Positions 10,168 through 18,149 of a DNA stretch of 33,300 nucleotides are shown here, one piece after another (the first letter of the stretch is position 1; every line of letters begins with the position of its first letter). The notes beneath the pieces were generated by a model that was not told the DNA's origin, ran no database searches, and was given only the letters and a program-made list of their open reading frames with translations. The stretch is from the NCBI GenBank assembly GCA_023150835.1, contig JAKLKB010000004.1, forward strand, positions 124,001 to 157,300, read 5' to 3'. This DNA comes from Myxococcota bacterium (lineage in GTDB: Bacteria; Myxococcota_C; UBA6777). Position numbers and translations under genes: made by a program.

Positions 10168-11871
10168 ATGACCAAGTTACGCACCAGCAATATCCGCAAA
10201 CTCGCAGATCGCGTCTTTGATGTGTTGGTGATCGGAGGCGGAATCAACGGAGCCGTTTCGATGTCGGCGTTGTCAGGACAAGGCGCAAGCGTCGCATTGA
10301 TCGACCGAAACGACTTTGCAAGCGCAACCAGCCAAGAGTCCTCCAATCTTGTGTGGGGCGGGATCAAATACCTCGAAGGGATGGAGTTTGGTTTGGTGCG
10401 AAAGCTCTGTAAATCCCGCAACCACCTGATGCGCCACTACCCCTCGTCTGTGAAAGAAGTCCGCTTCTTTACCACGTTGGATCGAGATTTTCGCTACAAC
10501 CGCTCGTTTCTGTTTATGGGCGGCTTGTTGTATTGGACAATGGGCGGCTTTTTCACCGAAGCCCCGCGCCTGCTTTCGGTCAAGGCCATCCGCGAAGAAG
10601 AACCTTGTGTGAACACCGACCACAGCCAAGGTGGATTCGAGTATTCCGACGCCTACCTTGTGGACAACGATGCGCGTTTTGTCTTTGGCTTTGTGCGCGA
10701 AGCGCTCGATCATGGCGGAGTCGCGGCCAACTACGTCGAAGCCCTTGGCTCGAAGCGCATCGACGGGCTTTGGCATACACGAACACGCGACCGTATCAGC
10801 GGACGCGATATCACCGTCCGCTCCAAAGTCCTGCTCAATGCTTGTGGACCCTACGCAGACGCTTACAACCATGCCTCGCAGATCAAGACCCAACACCGCC
10901 ATCTTTTCTCCAAAGGCATCCACTTGATCGTCGATCGCATCACCCCCTCCAAAAAAGTCCTTGCCTTCTTTGCCAACGATGGCCGCTTGTTTTTTGTGAT
11001 CCCGATGGGTCCCAAAACCTGCATCGGAACGACGGATACGCGTGTGGATGAACTTCCTGCCCGTGTCACCGACGAAGATCGAGCGTTTGTCCTCGATAAC
11101 ATCAACCGCTTGCTCAAGCTCGAACATCCCCTCACCAAGGCCGATATCATCGCCGAACGCTGCGGCGTGCGACCGCTCGTCGTCGAACCCAAAAAAGAAG
11201 GCCAAGATCAAGGCGACTGGACCTCTCTTTCACGCAAACACGCCATCGACATCGACGCTACCCAACATTCCATCAGCATCTTCGGTGGAAAACTCACCGA
11301 TTGCCTCAACGTCGGCGAAGAGATCAGCGCCGCTGTCCGCCGCCTTGGTGTGCGCCTGCCCTTCGCGGGCAACAAATGGTACGGCGAACCCAAAGCCATC
11401 CGCCAAGAATTCTTCCACCAAGCCCGTCTGATGCGCCTCGACGATCTCACGCCTCCCACCCTCTCCGAACCTCTGAGCCAGCGCCTGTGGCGACGTTATA
11501 CAACGCGAGCCTTGTACCTCCTCGAAGAGATCCGCCAAGATCCAAGTATGGCGGAGCTTTTGATCGAAGGCACCGAGTACACACGCGCCGAACTCTATCA
11601 CGTCGCACAGCACGAGATGATCATCAAACTCGAAGACTTCTTGCGCCGCCGCTCCAAGATCGCCTTGATCGCTCGCCCTCAAGAGATTATGCGCTCCGCA
11701 GGAATGCGTGAAGCCTGCCGCATCCTCTTTGGTACAGATGCTGATGCTCGTTTTGAAGAATACTTCTCTGCTTTTTCTGAAACGCATCACGAAGCAAACA
11801 ACCCCTCTTTCTTGCCTTCACAAGAATCTCTTCCTGCACTTCCACCGACGCAGCCTGTCCATCATGCCTAA
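10168..11871 (+). CDS. glpD: FAD-dependent glycerol-3-phosphate dehydrogenase/oxidase
   Basis: DVLVIGGGINGA, SSNLVWGGIKYLE, SKGIHL, IGTTD, GVRPL, GGKLT, EDFLRRRSKI. Confidence 0.9.
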   Translation: MTKLRTSNIRKLADRVFDVLVIGGGINGAVSMSALSGQGASVALIDRNDFASATSQESSNLVWGGIKYLEGMEFGLVRKLCKSRNHLMRHYPSSVKEVRFFTTLDRDFRYNRSFLFMGGLLYWTMGGFFTEAPRLLSVKAIREEEPCVNTDHSQGGFEYSDAYLVDNDARFVFGFVREALDHGGVAANYVEALGSKRIDGLWHTRTRDRISGRDITVRSKVLLNACGPYADAYNHASQIKTQHRHLFSKGIHLIVDRITPSKKVLAFFANDGRLFFVIPMGPKTCIGTTDTRVDELPARVTDEDRAFVLDNINRLLKLEHPLTKADIIAERCGVRPLVVEPKKEGQDQGDWTSLSRKHAIDIDATQHSISIFGGKLTDCLNVGEEISAAVRRLGVRLPFAGNKWYGEPKAIRQEFFHQARLMRLDDLTPPTLSEPLSQRLWRRYTTRALYLLEEIRQDPSMAELLIEGTEYTRAELYHVAQHEMIIKLEDFLRRRSKIALIARPQEIMRSAGMREACRILFGTDADARFEEYFSAFSETHHEANNPSFLPSQESLPALPPTQPVHHA

Positions 11872-11980
11872 ATCCGATCACACCCGGCTTGCGCTTCGAC
11901 GCAGCCTGCCCACCATGCCTAAACCCGATCACACCCGACTTGCGCTTCGACGCAGCCTGTGCATCCTGTCCAAACCAGAT
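11846..11980. repeat. 51-bp tandem repeat (~2.6 units) spanning the glpD stop codon
   Basis: CGACGCAGCCTG.CCA.CATGCCTAAA.CCGATCACACCCG.CTTGCGCTT units start at 11846, 11897 and 11948. The third is interrupted by MITE-B. Confidence 0.9.
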
Positions 11981-12150
11981 AGGACTTACGCAGTTGCCAA
12001 AAAAACCCGTGTTCGCGCTGTTTCAAGCGACAGAGTCGTCGATTTGAAAAACCTGCGATCTCTTCGCCCCTTTCGGGGTCAAGGGGGCGGCGACCCCTTG
12101 CGGGGTGTGGGGTGGAACCCCACAAAACCGAACCAACTGCGTAAGTCCTA
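11980..12150 (+). mobile_element. MITE-B, intact reference copy
   Basis: Perfect 17-bp TIR TAGGACTTACGCAGTTG / CAACTGCGTAAGTCCTA. Flanking direct repeat CCAGA (11975-11979, 12151-12155), or ACCAGAT if the terminal T/A belong to the target. Confidence 0.92.
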
Positions 12151-12242
12151 CCAGATCACACAGAGGCGATATCTCGGGGTTTTCGTCTCGCCCTCGCGCC
12201 TTCTGCTCACCGCGCCTCACCCAAACCACAAGGAATCCCTCC

Positions 12243-13121
12243 ATGCCCTTCATCAAGATGGAACGCCACTTTGCCCACAGCAGCGACGGATGCCAGATCG
12301 CTTATTGGACCCACGGCAACGGGCCTCACGCAATGCTTTTGGTTCCCGGTCTCGGCACTCCGCCCGAAGCTTACCACTTTCTCGTACAACACTTTTCCCC
12401 TCGATTCCGTTGCATCACATGGAACTTGCGCGGCACCTTTGATTCCTCCCCTCCCCCCGAAGGCCACCTCGATATCCCTTTTCACGTCGCAGATCTCGAA
12501 GCTGTCGTAGCTGCCGAGGCTTTGACCCAATTTGTCCTCGGTGGTTGGTCGCTCGGCGTCCAGATCGCCCTTGAATACGCACTCCACCACCAAGACCGCA
12601 TCCAAGCCCTTGTCCTGATCAACGGCACCTTCGGCCATCCGATGCGCTTCAACGATCCCTTGCGCAAAGCCTTGCTCTCCGTGACACCGCCTGTCTTACG
12701 CGCCATCGACAAGCCCCTCCAACGCCTGATCCAAGGCAGTTTCCGCCTCCCTTGGCTCTGGCAACAAAGCCTCCGCTTTACCGGCTTTGTCGCCAACAAC
12801 CACGACACCTTCATCGATCTTGCCGCCATCTACACCACCCAGTCCTTCCGCACTCTCCTCGATATCGTCGAAGCTGCCGATCAACACACCATCGAACCTT
12901 TTCTCCATCAGATCGATATCCCTGCCCTTGTCACCGCTGGAACACACGACTGGATGACTCCCCCCGAACGCGCCAAACGCCTCGCTGAACAACTCCCCCA
13001 AGCCACCTACATCGAGATCCCGGGCGGTACGCATTACACCCCCCTCGAATATCCCGAACCCATCAACGCCGCCATCGAATCCCTCCTCCATCCTCTTCTC
13101 TCTGACGAAGGTCTCCGATAG
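12243..13121 (+). CDS. Alpha/beta-fold hydrolase
   Basis: LLVPGLG, WNLRG, nucleophile elbow GWSLG, acid GTHDWMT, catalytic His GTHY. Confidence 0.92.
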   Translation: MPFIKMERHFAHSSDGCQIAYWTHGNGPHAMLLVPGLGTPPEAYHFLVQHFSPRFRCITWNLRGTFDSSPPPEGHLDIPFHVADLEAVVAAEALTQFVLGGWSLGVQIALEYALHHQDRIQALVLINGTFGHPMRFNDPLRKALLSVTPPVLRAIDKPLQRLIQGSFRLPWLWQQSLRFTGFVANNHDTFIDLAAIYTTQSFRTLLDIVEAADQHTIEPFLHQIDIPALVTAGTHDWMTPPERAKRLAEQLPQATYIEIPGGTHYTPLEYPEPINAAIESLLHPLLSDEGLR

Positions 13122-13164
13122 ACTCCGTTTTGTTTGGAATGGGTGTCGCTTGTTCGTTCAATTT

Positions 13165-13292
13165 GACCAAACCCGTGCCCGCAGGTATTCACGCGGCACA
13201 GTCGTTGGTTTCAAAGCCAACGGTCTCTCCGCCGATACGGGGTCAAGGGGCGACAGTCTATGGCGGGGTTTGGGGCAGCGCCCCGCAAAACA
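13165..13292 (+). repeat. MITE-B core copy
   Basis: AAACCCGTG...CGGCACAGTCG...GATACGGGGTCAAGGGGCGACAG...GGGGTTTGGGGCAGCGCCCCGCAAAA. Confidence 0.8.
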
Positions 13293-13322
13293 CTTGCTCC
13301 ACACTTAAAAAGAAAAAAAAGA

Positions 13323-14297
13323 ATGGCAAAACATACACTTTTCCCTACTCTCGATACGCTACATTCTTACTATTCTCCTTCTCTGCATCCTGCATTAACG
13401 ATCCGAAACGGTGATATCGTAGAAGTCCAGACCCTCGATGTCGGCTGGGGGATGGGCCAACACGACCGAATGAACAAGACGCGCCTCAAGCACCCACGCC
13501 CCCAAGGGCACGAAAGCGGCCCCGCTTTGTGCGGTCCCATCGCTATCGAAGGGCTGCGTGCAGGTGAGACGCTGGCGATCCACATCGAATCGATCGAGAC
13601 GGACACATGGGGATGGTCATACAGCGGCGGAAAAGGGTTTCTTAATGCCTCTTGGAACGAAGCGTTGCGAGTACAAGACGAAGAAGTGCTTTTGTTGTGG
13701 ACGCTCGATCCCGCCCAAGGTACGGGCATCAGCGAAGAAGGCCACACGGTTCCGTTGCGCCCTTTTTTAGGGATGTTGGGCCTCTGCCCCGCAGGCGACG
13801 GGCCACACAACGCTTGGCATCCAACCCGCGTGGGTGGAAACACCGATTGCCGCCGTCTGATCGCAGGAACCACGCTGCATCTGCCCGTTGAAGTGGACGG
13901 TGGGTTGTTGTCTTTGGGCGATGGTCATGCTTACCAAAGCGACGGAGAGATGGGAGGAACCGCCATCGAATGCCCCATGCAGCGTGTGATCCTTCGATTG
14001 GAGCGCAGTCCTTACCCCACACAAGGCCCCTTCGCACAAACCCCCGAAGGATGGGCGACACTCGGCTTTGGCTCCACCCTTGACGCAGCCGCACAACAAG
14101 CCGCCAACGGGATACTCGATCAGATCTGCGCACACCTTCCGATCTCACGCGCACGCGCCGTCGCTCTTGCCAGTCTCTACGTCGATCTCCACATCTCTCA
14201 AGTCGCCAACGGTGTCGTCGGTGTCCACGCCTTCCTCTCGAACGACCACAAACAACGCCTCTTTGCCCCCTACGACCACACACCGCTTACCAAATGA
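13323..14297 (+). CDS. Acetamidase/formamidase family protein
   Basis: LCGPIAIEG, PLRPFLGMLG, GGNTD, LPVEVDGGLLSLGDGHAYQSDGEMGGTAIECPM. Confidence 0.92.
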   Translation: MAKHTLFPTLDTLHSYYSPSLHPALTIRNGDIVEVQTLDVGWGMGQHDRMNKTRLKHPRPQGHESGPALCGPIAIEGLRAGETLAIHIESIETDTWGWSYSGGKGFLNASWNEALRVQDEEVLLLWTLDPAQGTGISEEGHTVPLRPFLGMLGLCPAGDGPHNAWHPTRVGGNTDCRRLIAGTTLHLPVEVDGGLLSLGDGHAYQSDGEMGGTAIECPMQRVILRLERSPYPTQGPFAQTPEGWATLGFGSTLDAAAQQAANGILDQICAHLPISRARAVALASLYVDLHISQVANGVVGVHAFLSNDHKQRLFAPYDHTPLTK

Positions 14298-14371
14298 CGC
14301 TGCTCGGTGGAAGGCATCAAGATTTGGCTGACTTGGAAAACTTGGGCTTGGAGGTGGGAGGTGGAAATTGA
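14294..14371 (+). pseudogene. 3' remnant of a DUF6036/AbiEii-like nucleotidyltransferase gene
   Basis: Frame 14294 reads MTLLGGRHQDLADLENLGLEVGGGN*, matching the K..aGR.qDlaDle.L C-terminal motif of these NTases. Its TGA overlaps the next TTG start (TTGA). Confidence 0.5.
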
Positions 14372-14565
14372 AAATCGAACAAATCAAACTCAGGATGAAG
14401 AAAAAGATTGAATTATCCAATGAATTGATCGAACAGAGGCTTGAAGAACTCAAGTTATTGTATGAACTAAGTATGTCGTTGATGACCGCAAAGCCTTATA
14501 AGAGAGAAGAAAAAAAGAGTAATGCTGGTTTTTCATTGCGGCATCGTTATTCGACTTTGGTATGA
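14368..14565 (+). CDS. Small helical protein (65 aa), probable partner of the NTase
   Basis: AT-rich ORF with GGAGG SD. IELSNELIEQRLEELKLLYELSMSL resembles the small 'dmSpeaI..RL..lsqL..l..sL' proteins encoded next to such NTases (recognised by eye). Confidence 0.55.
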   Translation: MKIEQIKLRMKKKIELSNELIEQRLEELKLLYELSMSLMTAKPYKREEKKSNAGFSLRHRYSTLV

Positions 14566-14715
14566 TTCGCAGGAGAAAGACACGACATCGGGACTGTTGT
14601 ATGGTGGTCGAGGCCCTCTCTGCGCCCCGAACTCCCAACGAGCCAAGCAATGTACCGAAGCGATGCACCGAAGCCATCGAACAGTACGCCTTGACGAAGT
14701 GAGAGGGTGTTTGTG

Positions 14716-15588
14716 ATGAGAATCGATATCCATGCCCATACATCGAATCATCCGTTGTGGGGATTGCATACAACGACAGCCAATTTGGAGACCTTAGAAC
14801 GTCATGCGCAGGAATTTGGCATTTCGCAGATCGTGTTGATGGCCACCTATTTTCCGTTCAAACGGTCGGGATTACCCAACCGAGAGTTGGCCCAACGGAT
14901 TCAAGAAAGACCGTTATTTCGTATGTTTGGCAGTTTGGATGTTGTGAATCATCGAGAAGACGGGCTGATCGAACTTCGCGAATTGCTAGAGCAAAAGACC
15001 ATCGTTGGGATCAAGCTCTATCCGGGCTACCAGAAGTTTCGGTTAAGTGATCCGCAAGTGTATCCCGTGTACGCTTTGGCCGAACAATACGGGGTACCGG
15101 TCGCCATCCATACGGGCGAACTCCATGCTTGCTGCTCGAAAACCGCGAATAGTCAAGGCCCGTACCGTTGTGGGGAGATGTTTTGCTGGCTGGAACGCTT
15201 ACAGGATTGGTCACGTCCGCAAGAAGCCGAAGCGCCGATTCGCGACTTTCCCGAAGTAGCGTTTGTCCTAGCGCATCTGGGAAATCCTTACTTTGAAGAA
15301 ACACAAGCCCTCATGGCCCGTTATCCGAACGTCTATACCGACCTCTCCGGTCAATGGGTTTCAGGAAGCGAGGAGGATACACCGGCCTATCACGAACAGA
15401 TCCAGCGGGTATTACACGAGTTTTTGACGATTCCTCACGCCAACGAACGTTTGTTGTTTGCCACCGACTTTCCGATTCAATCGTATGCCGACTCTGTTCG
15501 GATGGTGCAAGACTTACAATTGTCCCCCGAAGACGAGGCCAGAATCTTTTATCAAAATGCCCAAACGCTTCTGAATCCGAGGAGATAA
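14716..15588 (+). CDS. Amidohydrolase family protein (Amidohydro_2, TIM barrel)
   Basis: IDIHAH, GIKLYPGYQ, VAIHTG, LAHLGNP, NVYTDLSG, LLFATDFP, IFYQNAQTLL. Confidence 0.92.
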   Translation: MRIDIHAHTSNHPLWGLHTTTANLETLERHAQEFGISQIVLMATYFPFKRSGLPNRELAQRIQERPLFRMFGSLDVVNHREDGLIELRELLEQKTIVGIKLYPGYQKFRLSDPQVYPVYALAEQYGVPVAIHTGELHACCSKTANSQGPYRCGEMFCWLERLQDWSRPQEAEAPIRDFPEVAFVLAHLGNPYFEETQALMARYPNVYTDLSGQWVSGSEEDTPAYHEQIQRVLHEFLTIPHANERLLFATDFPIQSYADSVRMVQDLQLSPEDEARIFYQNAQTLLNPRR

Positions 15589-15592
15589 GCGT

Positions 15593-16579
15593 ATGGAAAG
15601 AAATCCGCGCCCACTCTTCTGTCGGTGGATAGGGTATGGTGGATGGCTGTGCCTCTTCGTTCTCGCTTGCCGAACCCCAGATCCGATGGTGCGACGAATT
15701 CAACGACTTCCGCCTCCAGAAGTTTCGCCAAAGCGTCCAGCGGATGTCGGATTAAAGGAGGAAGACGATATCCGAGAGGTGGTGTTTCGGCACTTGTGGC
15801 AGCACAACGAATCTGGTCAACAAAAACAAGCGGGTTTCTATTTTTTGATGGTGGGCGTAGGCGGGGATCCTTCTATCGAGTTATTGCAAAGATTTCAAAA
15901 ACATCAACCTCCTGTCCGTCCAGTTTCCGCCTCACGCGTCGTACGCTACAGTGGTAGCGTGGATCGACAGACAGGACGACGCGGGCTGGTCTTTTTTGTC
16001 AATTTGATTGGGTGGCGTTCTCGGACGGAGGTTTTGCTCGAAGGCGGATATATGGAATCCTCCACCAGTTTTTCGATCCATCACTATAACGTTCAAAAGC
16101 AACAAGGCCGATGGCGGGTCGTTCGCGATATCCTTTATGCTATTTCTCAAAGGCAGTCCAAGGCTACTCACACGATATCCGAGAGATGTATACACGAAGA
16201 GTCGTGCGTAGACGCCCTGTGGTTGGGCAGCCACGGGGGGCTGCCCCTACATCTTTACGATCACACTATGGGCGGATTTCGTATGAGAGGGTGTCTAACA
16301 CGGCGATATCTTTTGGAAGCGTACACATATCGGAGCCATCTGTGGGCAAAAAAAGCCGTGTTCGCAAGCGTTCGAGCGGTCGATCTGTTGGTTTTGAAAA
16401 ACGTTGCTCGCCCCGTCCATACGGGGTCAAGGGAGCCGCGCCTTGGAGGCGGGGCATGGGGCAGCGCTCCGTCAAGTCAAGTAAAACCCAACCCGATCGC
16501 TCCTATCCAGAACGAACCTTTTTTTTGGACACCCTCTCGTCTGATCGTGCGCAGAAAAGAACGGCTTCGCTGCTCATAG
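15593..16579 (+). CDS. Probable lipoprotein; the native part probably ends near 16150 and the rest is read-through into three mobile elements
   Basis: Lipobox-like LFVLAC and a globular region up to ...WRVVRDILYAIS. Codons after 16171 lie in MITE-A and element D, and the stop is inside MITE-C. Confidence 0.6.
   Translation: MERNPRPLFCRWIGYGGWLCLFVLACRTPDPMVRRIQRLPPPEVSPKRPADVGLKEEDDIREVVFRHLWQHNESGQQKQAGFYFLMVGVGGDPSIELLQRFQKHQPPVRPVSASRVVRYSGSVDRQTGRRGLVFFVNLIGWRSRTEVLLEGGYMESSTSFSIHHYNVQKQQGRWRVVRDILYAISQRQSKATHTISERCIHEESCVDALWLGSHGGLPLHLYDHTMGGFRMRGCLTRRYLLEAYTYRSHLWAKKAVFASVRAVDLLVLKNVARPVHTGSREPRLGGGAWGSAPSSQVKPNPIAPIQNEPFFWTPSRLIVRRKERLRCS
16171..16283 (+). mobile_element. MITE-A copy 3
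   Basis: CACGATATCCG...GGGCAGCCACGGGGGGCTGCCCCTAC...CGGATTTCGTA, flanked by TCA and TGA. Confidence 0.85.
16287..16536 (+). mobile_element. Element D: 250-bp MITE with GAGGGTGTC ends carrying a MITE-B core
   Basis: GAGGGTGTCTAA (16287) and TTGGACACCCTC (ends 16536) form an 11/12 inverted repeat. The MITE-B core lies at about 16345-16475. Confidence 0.7.
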
Positions 16580-16670
16580 CACGGGACGATTGAACTGGTG
16601 ATGAAAAGAAGGCCGCAGCATCCGTGATCTTCGAGCTTCGGCTGCTCACCTTTTCAGTCGACCTCTGCTA
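16577..16670 (+). mobile_element. MITE-C copy 1 (94 bp)
   Basis: Imperfect TIRs TAGCACGGGACGATTGAA / TTCAGTCGACCTCTGCTA and a perfect TCA...TCA TSD. Near-identical reverse complement of 23107-23200. Confidence 0.9.
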
Positions 16671-16748
16671 TCAAGCAGAACACGCTGAAAAACAGCCCCT
16701 CGTACGCAATCATCTTTGCATCTAGTTGATATCCAAAGTAGAAACACC

Positions 16749-16777
16749 TTGACGTTTTGGTTCTCGCCGACTATACC
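16749..16777 (+). promoter_or_regulatory. Possible sigma70 promoter for hicB
   Basis: TTGACG-N17-TATACC, 100 bp upstream of hicB. The -10 element is imperfect. Confidence 0.3.
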
Positions 16778-16876
16778 TAATCTTTGTGCGGCCATTCATC
16801 GCGAAGCACGACACCCTCGCGTATGTCTGTAAGACAACACCCCCGTTAAGCCACGATCCATTCGAAGGAGAGAGCG

Positions 16877-17095
16877 ATGAAGACGGAATTCACAGCAATT
16901 ATTGAGTCGGCTCCTGAATGCGGATATTGGGCCATTTGCCTAGAAGTCCCCGGCGCAAATGGACAGGGCGAAACCGTAGAAGAAGCAAAAGAGAATTTAC
17001 GCCAAGCAATTGAATTGCTCTTAGAAGATCGAAGAGAAGATATTCTACGGGGCTTACCCGAAGACGCCATTCAGGAAAAGATTATCTTCACATGA
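16877..17095 (+). CDS. hicB: HicB-family antitoxin (UPF0150, short form without a DNA-binding domain)
   Basis: FTAIIESAPECGYWAICLEVPGANGQGETVEEAKENLRQAIELLL. AAGGAG SD. Confidence 0.92.
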   Translation: MKTEFTAIIESAPECGYWAICLEVPGANGQGETVEEAKENLRQAIELLLEDRREDILRGLPEDAIQEKIIFT

Positions 17096-17109
17096 AGCGC
17101 AAGGATTTA
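17092..17109 (+). pseudogene. hicA: hicA toxin remnant (first 6 codons only)
   Basis: ATGA overlap with the hicB stop. MKRKDL is the typical HicA N-terminus. MITE-A starts right after the TTA codon and no G-x-H HicA motif follows. Confidence 0.65.
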
Positions 17110-17229
17110 TACGAAATCCGCCTATCGTGTGCGCCAAAATGTAGGGGCAGCCCCCTGTGGCTGCCCAAACACAGGGCGTTTACGGCGGATCGCACCTACC
17201 CTTCGCTCACGCATCTCTTGGATATCGTA
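17110..17229 (-). mobile_element. MITE-A copy 4, inserted in hicA
   Basis: TACGAAATCCG...TGTAGGGGCAGCCCCCTGTGGCTGCCC...TGGATATCGTA. Confidence 0.85.
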
Positions 17230-17263
17230 TCGTGTAGACATACAAGCAAAAGGTTTGAGGATT

Positions 17264-17920
17264 ATGGAAATGGTCGGCTATGTTTATGTGCTTTATAACG
17301 ATGAAATTCCTCGCCATATAAAAGTAGGCAAAACAGCTAAAACCCCATCGTTAAGAGCAAAGGAATTAAGTAATGGAACTGGCGTCGTTGGGGATTGGCT
17401 AGTTGCTTATTTTGTTCGTGTTTCGGATTATGATGAAGTAGAAAAAAAAGCTCACGATTTATTACACAATTATCGCTCAAAAAAGAATAGAGAAATATTT
17501 AATACCAGCATTATAACAGGAATAGAGGCTGTAAACAAGGCGGCGATAAGCGTATCTTCTACAATCGATATACCAGGAATCGATGGCGTATCTGCTCAAT
17601 GTAAAACGATCAACGACAAAAGGAGCGAATCGGCCTCTGAGATCCCGCATTCTCCACTTTTCTCTACAATAAATAACCAAAGCGATGAAGAACATGTTTA
17701 TTTAACGTTGCGAAGTCGCTCAAAACGCATAAATTGCACATACTTTACACTCAGCGACGTTATTCGCGCAACGAGAAAGTGTAAAAATGTCACACAGGCT
17801 CAAGAAATGATGCTGTGCTTAAAAGCAAGAGGGTTGGTAGAATATATCGGAGAACGTGTATTAGAAAATCGAAAAAGATCAAATGTCTGGAAGATCTTAG
17901 AAAAAGAGGTCGGCGGTTAA
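17264..17920 (+). CDS. GIY-YIG (T5orf172-type) nuclease domain protein with an additional C-terminal domain
   Basis: GYVYVLYN...IKVGKT...RAKELSNGTGV...VEKKAHDLL...NREIF. GAGGA precedes ATG 17264. Markedly AT-rich. Confidence 0.85.
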   Translation: MEMVGYVYVLYNDEIPRHIKVGKTAKTPSLRAKELSNGTGVVGDWLVAYFVRVSDYDEVEKKAHDLLHNYRSKKNREIFNTSIITGIEAVNKAAISVSSTIDIPGIDGVSAQCKTINDKRSESASEIPHSPLFSTINNQSDEEHVYLTLRSRSKRINCTYFTLSDVIRATRKCKNVTQAQEMMLCLKARGLVEYIGERVLENRKRSNVWKILEKEVGG

Positions 17921-18138
17921 AAATTTAGGTAATAAGGAGGATCTTGGATCGCTAGAGTTGGTGCGGTGTTTTCGACCAGCGCTACGACGTGCGTTGCGTC
18001 GCTCGCGTTCAAACACCCAACCCTGTGCTTGCCTTTCGGATCTTTCCAGATCTCGCCTGCTTTCAACCGACAGTACGGCAACAGGCGGTTTCGCGATTCA
18101 GGGGAAAGATCCAGACGTGGTAACGGGTTGTTTTTCAT
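17917..18138 (-). pseudogene. N-terminal fragment of a beta-class N6A/N4C DNA methyltransferase
   Basis: GEIW...HRVGCLNA...LAIQDPPY, then a stop 4 codons later. There is no FxGxG SAM motif, and the end abuts the GIY-YIG stop. Confidence 0.75.
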
Positions 18139-18149
18139 CGCAATTCCTG

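Noticed and set aside
11708-12442. 244-aa ORF bridging glpD and the hydrolase, and similar ORFs at 18376, 23590, 28223 and 29189
   Set aside because: They are made of tandem repeats, MITE sequence or alternative frames of real genes.
17092-17298. 68-aa ORF as a complete HicA toxin
   Set aside because: Only the first six codons are HicA-like. The rest is MITE-A sequence and lacks the catalytic His motif.
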